A stretch of DNA of 32,000 bases from NCBI GenBank assembly GCA_942493095.1, contig OW818675.1, positions 1,980,001 through 2,012,000 on the forward strand, given 5' to 3'. Positions 26,286-32,000 of this stretch are shown piece after piece (within the stretch, counting starts at the first letter, position 1; every line of letters starts with the position of its first letter). The notes under the pieces were generated by a model, which was not told the origin of the DNA, searched no databases, and worked only from the letters and a program-made list of their open reading frames with translations. The position numbers and the translations under genes are program-made. The DNA is from Candidatus Electronema halotolerans. GTDB lineage: Bacteria; Desulfobacterota; Desulfobulbia; Desulfobulbales; Desulfobulbaceae.

Positions 26286-27776
26286 TCAAGCACCAGAAGT
26301 CGCTTCTTCTTTCTCCGCTGAAGGCAGGTAAATAAAAACAGCAGTCCCCTGCCCTGCCCTGCTTGCTATGTTCATGACTCCGCCTGCGGCCTCAACAATG
26401 GAGCGCGACACGGACAGCCCCAGACCTGTGCCTTGGCCTGGTTCCTTGGTGGTGTAAAACGGATCAAAGACTGAGGCCAGCTCCTCTGCGGCAATGCCGC
26501 TGCCGTTGTCCTCAATGCAGAGCCGGAGCAGGCCCGGCTCAGGCATGTCTGTGCCCAGGGTGATGCGCCCGTCTGTCCGGCCTGCGCTGCTGATGGCATC
26601 GGCACTGTTGAGCAGGCAGTTGAGCAGCACCTGCCGGAGCTGGTCCGGGTCAGCATGAACCATGTCCTCTCCCTCCGCCGCCCTGACGGTCACGGCAATC
26701 TCTTTAAAGGCTTTCTGCACCCGCACCATTTCCGCCGCAGACATCAGCAGCCCGTGCAGGGACAATCTCTCCGGCCTGCCTTTTGAGGCTCTGGCGCAGT
26801 CAAGGAGCTGGCGGATCAGCCGGTTGACCCGTTGCAGCTCCTGATCAGCCCGGCGGATGAACTCGCTGTTTTCTTCGTCATTGCAGGTTTTGGCCAGCAG
26901 ACCAAGATAGCCCTGAATCACGGCCAGCGGATTGCCGATTTCATGGGCCAAGCCAGCTGCCAGCCGTCCTGCCGCCGCCAGCCGCTCAGTGCGGATCATC
27001 TCGGCCTGCCGCTCGTGCAGCAGGTGGTTGGCAGACTCCAGCTCGGCCACAGTTTGCCGCAGCGTCTTCTGGTCAGTTTCTATCCGAGCCAGCATCTTGT
27101 TGAGACTGGCAGACAGGCGCTGCAACTCGCTGCCAGAGTCGTCGGCAGCAAACCAGACCGCCTCGTGGCTGCGGTGCTGGCCAGCTAATTCCGCCAGCCG
27201 TTCTATGGGTCGGAGTATCAGGCTGTTAAGGCGGAAAAAGCTGATCAGCCCCAAAATCAGCAGGTTGAAGAAGATATAGAGAAGAACTATTTTTTCCGCC
27301 CGCCAAAGTGCTTTGGACACGGCATTGAGGGGGCGGAGCACTGCTGCCGCGCCGATCACCTGTCCCTGCCGCAGCAGCGGACGGGCACTTGCCAAGAGCA
27401 GCGGCTGGCCTTTGAGCAGAGCGGCTAACGGCGAGGAAGAATGACTCACTGCCTGCCCGGCAGCGGCCTGCTGTAGGGCAGCCGCCAGCAGAGGAGGTGA
27501 GATGTCGGTTGCCTGCATCTCTTCTTCCAACAGCAGGACCAGCTGACCTTCCTGTGCTTCAAGATAAAATTCAGCAAAGGTAAAGAGCTTGGAAGCTCTT
27601 GCAGGGCTTTCATTTTTCACCTCCAGCCGGTCTTGGATGCAGGCAAGAACTGCCTGATCACGGGCTGCCTCCCGCTGTATCGCATCCCGCTGCCAGAGCA
27701 GCAGGAGGACGAGATTGATCAGCAGCATGGCAATCAGCAGCAGGGCTGCAACAGTCATGGTCAGTCGAATTCGCAT
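26286..27776 (-). CDS. Membrane sensor histidine kinase (two TM segments, HisKA + HATPase_c); no cognate regulator is adjacent
   Basis: H-box is LAAGLAHEIGNPL, N-box is LLNCLLNSADA, and the G-boxes are EDNGSGI and GTGLGLS. Hydrophobic segments occur at residues ~8-28 and ~160-182. Confidence 0.85.
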   Translation of the reverse strand: MRIRLTMTVAALLLIAMLLINLVLLLLWQRDAIQREAARDQAVLACIQDRLEVKNESPARASKLFTFAEFYLEAQEGQLVLLLEEEMQATDISPPLLAAALQQAAAGQAVSHSSSPLAALLKGQPLLLASARPLLRQGQVIGAAAVLRPLNAVSKALWRAEKIVLLYIFFNLLILGLISFFRLNSLILRPIERLAELAGQHRSHEAVWFAADDSGSELQRLSASLNKMLARIETDQKTLRQTVAELESANHLLHERQAEMIRTERLAAAGRLAAGLAHEIGNPLAVIQGYLGLLAKTCNDEENSEFIRRADQELQRVNRLIRQLLDCARASKGRPERLSLHGLLMSAAEMVRVQKAFKEIAVTVRAAEGEDMVHADPDQLRQVLLNCLLNSADAISSAGRTDGRITLGTDMPEPGLLRLCIEDNGSGIAAEELASVFDPFYTTKEPGQGTGLGLSVSRSIVEAAGGVMNIASRAGQGTAVFIYLPSAEKEEATSGA

Positions 27777-27908
27777 ACGGCAAAGATAGCACAGCGGCGG
27801 CTGTGGAGACAGGGAAATTTACCAAGACTCTCCCCCAGATATTCATTGAGTAAAAAATATCCGTCAATTTGAAGCAGCGGATAAAAAATACCCGGAACAG
27901 CCTGAAAT

Positions 27909-27943
27909 GAGAAAGATTCTTATTCTCAATAAGAATCTTTCTC
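27909..27943. promoter_or_regulatory. Perfect 16-bp inverted repeat (3-nt loop) in the divergent control region
   Basis: GAGAAAGATTCTTATT-ctc-AATAAGAATCTTTCTC, followed on the plus strand by TATTTTT. It lies ~135 nt upstream of the kinase ATG. It could be an operator or a terminator-like hairpin. Confidence 0.6.
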
Positions 27944-27967
27944 TATTTTTGCAAGAGCTTAAAACAG

Positions 27968-27987
27968 CTACAACGTAGGATATAAAA
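27968..27987. repeat. Copy 1 of a duplicated motif CTACAACGTAGGATATAAAA
   Basis: It matches 28127..28147 at 18 of 20 positions and contains the small palindrome CTAC-aac-GTAG. The flanks are also loosely similar (GCTGTCCGTACTGTGAA versus GCTGTTCGTGATATGAA). Confidence 0.7.
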
Positions 27988-28126
27988 GAAAGACTTTTCC
28001 ATGCTGTCCGTACTGTGAACTGCCCTTGCTCAGGATTAAAATTAGATAAAGAAACAGCTTCGCAGTGTTCATCGGATACATAATGATATAAAGCTGTCCT
28101 GCTGTTTTTTTCGAGATTTGCAATGA

Positions 28127-28147
28127 CTACAATGTAGGATATGAAAA
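28127..28147. repeat. Copy 2 of the duplicated motif CTACAATGTAGGATATGAAAA
   Basis: It lies 159 bp downstream of copy 1 and ~100-115 nt upstream of the sigma-54-type promoter. Confidence 0.7.
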
Positions 28148-28243
28148 TGCCTTGTCCTTGCTGTTCGTGATATGAATGGTCTTGGTGCAAATGCAGACCT
28201 GAATGCAGCCGCATGTTGTCCAGAAGATGAAAAAATGATGAAT

Positions 28244-28259
28244 TGGCACGAGTCTCGCA
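28244..28259 (+). promoter_or_regulatory. Sigma-54 (-24/-12) type promoter candidate
   Basis: TGGCAC-gagtc-TCGCA compared with the consensus TGGCAC-N5-TTGCA. The GG (28245..28246) to GC (28257..28258) spacing is canonical. It lies ~65 nt upstream of ATG 28323, which has SD AGGAGGA at 28309..28315. Confidence 0.6.
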
Positions 28260-28322
28260 TTAAATGCTCTGACGTAAAAAAAACAGTCAGTTATTTTATT
28301 ATTTTTTCAGGAGGAGAATGTT

Positions 28323-29213
28323 ATGAGGCGCAAATCTGCACGCAGAAAGATTTTTTATCTGCTCATCGCCGCAACGACCATGTTCTGTTCAGAAGTGTCT
28401 GCCAATGCTTCGGCAGAAGATGTCCATGAGCTGGCAGACATCTGCATGTATTCACAGCGGATTCTTAAAGACTACGCCTTGGTCGGCATGGGCGTGACCT
28501 ATCATGATCCTCAGAAGGACCTGAAGGAGAATATTGGCACAGTCGATAAATATTTCAAAGATATTGAGAAACACAAGCTGGATGAGAAGCTGCTGGCCGA
28601 AGTGCTGGAAGTGGAGAATGCTTGGAAGATAATCAGGCCGGAATTTGAGCAGAAGCCGGACAAGAAGAAAATGAGCGAGCTGCGTAAAAAAGTGGAGCAG
28701 TACACAGTCCGCTGTGAGCAGGTTGCTGATGATCTGGCCAAGGACACCGGCATCAAAGGGGAGCACAATGTGGTGCTGGTGGCCGAGCTGGGTTTGGAGT
28801 CCCAGCGGCTCGCCGCCCTGTATCTGATGAAGGCGTGGGGTGTCGCGGATGCCAGCTACGAGCAGGAGGCGAATCAGACTGTTGATGAGACTGAGAGATT
28901 GTATCAGGAACTGATGACTGCGAGCGACGACTTAGTTTCCAAGGAAATCAAGGAGAAACTGAAAGCAACAGAAAACGACTTTGTTGCCTTCGGTGTGATG
29001 GCGAAAAGCACATCAGGACGTTTCATGCCCACCCAAGCTGAAAAGAGCGCAAGCAACATCTTCACCACCTTGCGGGAAATTCTGACTATGGAGCAGAAGC
29101 TGGTCGAGGCAACCGCAAGCTATTTCATTCCAGTCGCAGACGAGAAAGAGGCAAGGGCAATCCTTGACACGATCACAGCAATTTTGCAGCAGTACCAGGA
29201 GGAGTCAGCATGA
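28323..29213 (+). CDS. Secreted all-helical protein with two PilJ / NarX-type (P-box-like) four-helix sensor modules
   Basis: Signal peptide is MRRKSARRKIFYLLIAATTMFCSEVSANA. There are two SQR-type motifs (ICMYSQRILKDYAL and GLESQRLAALYLMKAW), each followed by heptad-like helical sequence. No TM segment or output domain is present. Confidence 0.7.
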   Translation: MRRKSARRKIFYLLIAATTMFCSEVSANASAEDVHELADICMYSQRILKDYALVGMGVTYHDPQKDLKENIGTVDKYFKDIEKHKLDEKLLAEVLEVENAWKIIRPEFEQKPDKKKMSELRKKVEQYTVRCEQVADDLAKDTGIKGEHNVVLVAELGLESQRLAALYLMKAWGVADASYEQEANQTVDETERLYQELMTASDDLVSKEIKEKLKATENDFVAFGVMAKSTSGRFMPTQAEKSASNIFTTLREILTMEQKLVEATASYFIPVADEKEARAILDTITAILQQYQEESA

Positions 29214-30010
29214 AAACAGTTCATTTGAAGGCGGCTTTGGCAGGAGCGGTCTTCTGCATTCTCGCCGCAGGCAATGCCGTTGCCAACGTTGACCAGCATG
29301 ACTTGGCAATGATGGAGTCAGCCAAGAATGTGGGCATAGCCAGTCAGAAGATCGCCAAGGCCTACTTCTACAAGCACATGGACATCCGCCCTGATCATGC
29401 GGAGCAGGACCTGACAGAGAGCCTGACAGATCTCAAAAAGGACATTCTCAAAATCCATGAGGGCATCAAGGGCAGCAGCAAAGAGGAAAAGAATATCGCC
29501 GTGTTTCTTTCCTACACCCGCGATGAGCTGGACAGAGCGTTGAGCAAGCCCTACAGTCAGGAAACCGGGGCGCTGATGATCGATTTCAGTGAGTCGCTGC
29601 TGGAAGGAGCTGACTTCCTCTCAGGAAAGTATGGGCATGAAAAAAGCGGCGAGGCAGCCATGCTGTCTGAGGTGGAAAATCTTCTCTTCCTGTTGGAGCG
29701 GGTCAACAAATACTACATCGCCCATAAAGCCGGGTTCAAAGACTACAACAACGTGGTGCAGCTCACCAAGGCGGTGGACGACTTTGAAGCAGGTCTGGCC
29801 AAAATCAACAGCTATGGCCGCTATCCTGACTCTGTGAAGGAGAGCGTCACCAAGATCAATCAGTTCTGGCCGGTGGCCAAGGAGTTCTACCTTGGCGTGC
29901 AGAAGAACGCCCTGCCAGTGATTGTTCTTGCCTCCACAGACAAGCTGGAGAAGGAGGTCAAAACTTTGGCCAACTTCCATTATCGGGAGGCATCGCAAGG
30001 AACGCACTGA
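29210..30010 (+). CDS. Secreted paralogue with PilJ / NarX-like helical sensor modules
   Basis: ATGA overlap with the upstream gene (29210..29213). Signal peptide is MKTVHLKAALAGAVFCILAAGNAVA. Carries the motif VGIASQKIAKAYFYK. Length and helical character match its neighbour. Confidence 0.7.
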   Translation: MKTVHLKAALAGAVFCILAAGNAVANVDQHDLAMMESAKNVGIASQKIAKAYFYKHMDIRPDHAEQDLTESLTDLKKDILKIHEGIKGSSKEEKNIAVFLSYTRDELDRALSKPYSQETGALMIDFSESLLEGADFLSGKYGHEKSGEAAMLSEVENLLFLLERVNKYYIAHKAGFKDYNNVVQLTKAVDDFEAGLAKINSYGRYPDSVKESVTKINQFWPVAKEFYLGVQKNALPVIVLASTDKLEKEVKTLANFHYREASQGTH

Positions 30011-30032
30011 CAGTTCTTTTCTCTCCCGCGAC

Positions 30033-30076
30033 AAAGAACAGGCCGTGATCTTCAAGAAGATCACGGCCTGTTCTTT
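30033..30076. terminator. Bidirectional terminator between convergent genes
   Basis: Perfect 21-bp stem AAAGAACAGGCCGTGATCTTC-aa-GAAGATCACGGCCTGTTCTTT, with T-rich tails on both strands. Confidence 0.8.
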
Positions 30077-30094
30077 TTGTTTGCAGCAGCCAGA

Positions 30095-30128
30095 GCATCC
30101 TTCGACAGGCTCAGAAGTCGAAGGATGC
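30095..30128. terminator. Second strong hairpin in the same convergent spacer
   Basis: Perfect 12-bp stem GCATCCTTCGAC (30095..30106) with GTCGAAGGATGC (30117..30128) and a 10-nt loop. It ends 4 nt before the stop of the minus-strand two-CW gene. There is no clear U-tract. Confidence 0.5.
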
Positions 30129-30132
30129 GCGG

Positions 30133-30450
30133 TTATTTCCGGCTTTTCATCTCCTTGAGAATCATCAGCCCGACTTTGAACTTGGGTTCCTCCTCCTTTT
30201 TCACGACTTTGTAAAAATCACACTTCTGGCAGTCCGCGCAGAATTTTTCCGAATATGATCCCTGCACGACTGCGCCCTTGCAGAGAGTCCCCTGAATCAC
30301 CCAGCAGCAGCGGCCTCCATTCTTGCCGTCATGAATGCCGTCCGCCTTCTGCTCTTCAGCAGCAGGACAGATGCCAAACTCATGCGCCCGTTCTCCTCCT
30401 GGTTCCCGTCCGCAGTTTTTGACTTCCCAGCAGTTCTTTTTTTCTGTCAT
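30133..30450 (-). CDS. Small Cys-rich protein resembling the two-CW domain family
   Basis: 105 aa. Contains NCWEVKNCGREPGG...ICP...GGRCCWVIQGTLCKG (two CW motifs) plus FCADCQKCDF. GGAGGAG lies immediately upstream of the ATG. Confidence 0.65.
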   Translation of the reverse strand: MTEKKNCWEVKNCGREPGGERAHEFGICPAAEEQKADGIHDGKNGGRCCWVIQGTLCKGAVVQGSYSEKFCADCQKCDFYKVVKKEEEPKFKVGLMILKEMKSRK

Positions 30451-30513
30451 CTCCTCCAGCCCTCTTATTTTTCAGCCCCGCCGTCATGTTATGTTGGCGG
30501 CGGAGCATCCATT

Positions 30514-31698
30514 CTATTCTTCCGCCTTGGACAGCTTGTCAATATAGACGAACTTGATGCTGTCGTCAGACTTTTCTATTTTGGTCAAATAGACTGCATC
30601 CAAACCGCGATGATCATCCGGGCTGAATGAGACTGTCACGCCGCCCGGATCATAATCCACCATTGCTTCAAGAGCCTTTTTCAGAGATGCTGAATTGACC
30701 GCTCCTTGCACGGAGCTGATCGCCTTGTGCATGACATTGGCGGCAATATAGCCTTCCAAGCTGACAAAGTCGTATTTGCTGCTGTCATTGCCAAGGTCTT
30801 CATGGTACTGCTTGACAATCGGCAGCTCATCGCTCCAAGGATCAGGCACCACCTGACTGATATAGACATTGCCGCTTTCCTTGAGGCGGGCGGCCAAGGC
30901 GGTCGAGCCAACAAAGGAAAGACTGATCATCGGCACCTTGAAATTCATCTTGTGCCACTGATTGATGGCCAAAGCGCAGGGCCTGCTGGTGCCGACCAAG
31001 ATCACCGCCTCTGCGCCGTTGCCCCGCACCTGCCTGACCCCGCCGCCCACAGAAACCGTGTTGCGCTTATAGTGCGGCACGCTTTTCCAGAACTCGCTCT
31101 GGTCCTCGCCTTCTCCAGGGATGGGCGGCACCGGCGGCACGATTTCAATCCCCTTGACCTTTTCCACCGCCTTCAAGGCGGCAGAGACACCGGCCAGGCC
31201 AAAGGCATCCTTCTGCACAAAAAGGCTGACCTTTTTCACGCCTAAGTCATCATGCAGCCGCCGCATCATGTTTTCCACTTCCGCATCATAGCTGGCCCGC
31301 AGGGCAAAGGAGTAGGGATTGGCCGCCGCATCACTGAGAAACCCGGCTCCGGTGAAGGCTCCAAAAAAAATGGTTTTCTGCTCATTGGCCAAAGGCGCGG
31401 CCACGGCGGAAGTCGGGGTGCCGACGTAGCCGAACAGTGCCTGCACCCCGTCTTGGAGAAAGGCTTCTGTGTTGATGCGGCAGCGGTCCGGCTCATAGCC
31501 GTCGTCTTTGCTGATCAGGATGACATCATCCGCCGCATGATGGTCAAAATAAGCTTTGCCGCCTTGGCGCATTTCTATGCCAAGAAAGGCGGTCGGGCCG
31601 GTCAGGGCGCAGGACTGGCCCAAGGTGACTGCCGCAGAACTTGTCTCCGGCAAGATCAGCACGCAGGTCAGCAGGAGTATCCATCGCATCTGTTTCAT
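30514..31698 (-). CDS. Periplasmic substrate-binding protein, type-1 PBP fold (LivK / Peripla_BP_6-like)
   Basis: Signal peptide is MKQMRWILLLTCVLILPETSSA, followed by ...LGQSCALTGPTAFLGIEMRQGGKAYF...DDGYEP...FGYVGTPT... No ABC permease or ATPase genes are adjacent. Confidence 0.8.
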   Translation of the reverse strand: MKQMRWILLLTCVLILPETSSAAVTLGQSCALTGPTAFLGIEMRQGGKAYFDHHAADDVILISKDDGYEPDRCRINTEAFLQDGVQALFGYVGTPTSAVAAPLANEQKTIFFGAFTGAGFLSDAAANPYSFALRASYDAEVENMMRRLHDDLGVKKVSLFVQKDAFGLAGVSAALKAVEKVKGIEIVPPVPPIPGEGEDQSEFWKSVPHYKRNTVSVGGGVRQVRGNGAEAVILVGTSRPCALAINQWHKMNFKVPMISLSFVGSTALAARLKESGNVYISQVVPDPWSDELPIVKQYHEDLGNDSSKYDFVSLEGYIAANVMHKAISSVQGAVNSASLKKALEAMVDYDPGGVTVSFSPDDHRGLDAVYLTKIEKSDDSIKFVYIDKLSKAEE

Positions 31699-31727
31699 GA
31701 CTCATTCCTTTGTCTGTTGATCGTGAC

Positions 31728-32000
31728 TCACGCTTTCACGTCAGGCTGCTGGTCGCCTTCAATTTTAAAGGCGGCAACAGATTCGAGCATGTCTTGGCCC
31801 ATTGCCTCCATCTCACGCATTGAAATCGAGGCTCCCATTGTCTCCTGAGCGGTTTCCAAGCTGATTTGCCCAATCTCTTTCATGTTGTCGGCAAGGTCGG
31901 CAGTGGTCTCAGCCTGCACGCTGGAGGCGGTGGCCACACTTTGAATCAGTTGCGCCACTTCGTTGGAGCGGGCCGTGATCTCCTCCAGTTTCTCCAAGGC
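31728..32000 (-). CDS. Methyl-accepting chemotaxis protein, C-terminal end only (the gene continues beyond the window)
   Basis: The frame is open to base 32000. The sequence ...LEEITARSNEVAQLIQSVATASSVQAETTADLADNMKEIGQISLETAQ... is typical of the distal signalling-domain helix. The stop lies 30 nt before the binding-protein ATG. Confidence 0.75.
   Translation of the reverse strand, partial: ALEKLEEITARSNEVAQLIQSVATASSVQAETTADLADNMKEIGQISLETAQETMGASISMREMEAMGQDMLESVAAFKIEGDQQPDVKA

Noticed and set aside
27864-28214. 116-aa minus-strand ORF in the AT-rich control region
   Set aside because: Its sequence is dictated by the DNA repeats and palindrome it crosses; for example SYVVAV and SYIVVI come from the duplicated 20-mer. 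It has no RBS and an implausible composition. I treat the region as regulatory DNA.
30706-31848. Plus-strand ORFs 30706..31245 and 31252..31848
   Set aside because: They are antisense to the periplasmic binding-protein gene.
1-32000. Scan for CRISPR arrays, tRNA/rRNA genes and integrase or recombinase genes
   Set aside because: I saw no regularly spaced direct repeats, no tRNA-like GGTTCGAATCC-type T-arm sequences and no tyrosine or serine recombinase motifs by eye. A tRNAscan/Infernal run would be needed to exclude small RNAs formally.

Overview
By eye this is a GC-rich chromosome. The gene content fits a sulfate-reducing or sulfur-cycling Desulfobacterota-type organism: dissimilatory-type sat, envelope genes kdsB/lpxB/murA, plus mdh, serA and rsmJ. 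This taxonomic call is inference only. Three parts stand out. (1) Bases ~1.44-7.56 kb are a conspicuously AT-rich accessory island. It sits directly upstream of a partial ADP-forming acetyl-CoA-synthetase-like gene and is bracketed by two diverged direct copies of that gene's 5' coding end. It carries an IS630-family element (TA duplication, A9 frameshift run), an IS5-family element, a ~990-aa N6-adenine DNA-methyltransferase fusion protein and two small minus-strand ORFs with weak nuclease-like motifs separated by the IS5. I read it as a decayed, IS-riddled restriction-modification-like cassette. (2) A host-composition minus-strand operon reads rsmJ, yfcH-like, then a T7-gp4-like Zn-ribbon/TOPRIM/DnaB-C-like ATPase whose TOPRIM DxD is NxN. 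That gene is ATGA-coupled to a TPR protein with an N-terminal hydrophobic, signal-like segment. (3) The 3' third is a sensory neighbourhood. It holds an orphan histidine kinase, a 545-bp AT-rich control region with a sigma-54-type promoter and duplicated upstream motifs, two tandem secreted PilJ/NarX-like helical proteins, and a convergent MCP / periplasmic-binding-protein / two-CW-protein operon. The rest is housekeeping: kdsB, mdh flanked by REP-like GTAG...CTAC palindromes, a 780-aa YvcK/CofD-family protein, a CheY-like receiver, an asymmetric heterodimeric ABC exporter, murA, sat, serA and lpxB. I found no rRNA, tRNA or CRISPR array. All protein family calls rest on motif recognition by eye, not on searches.
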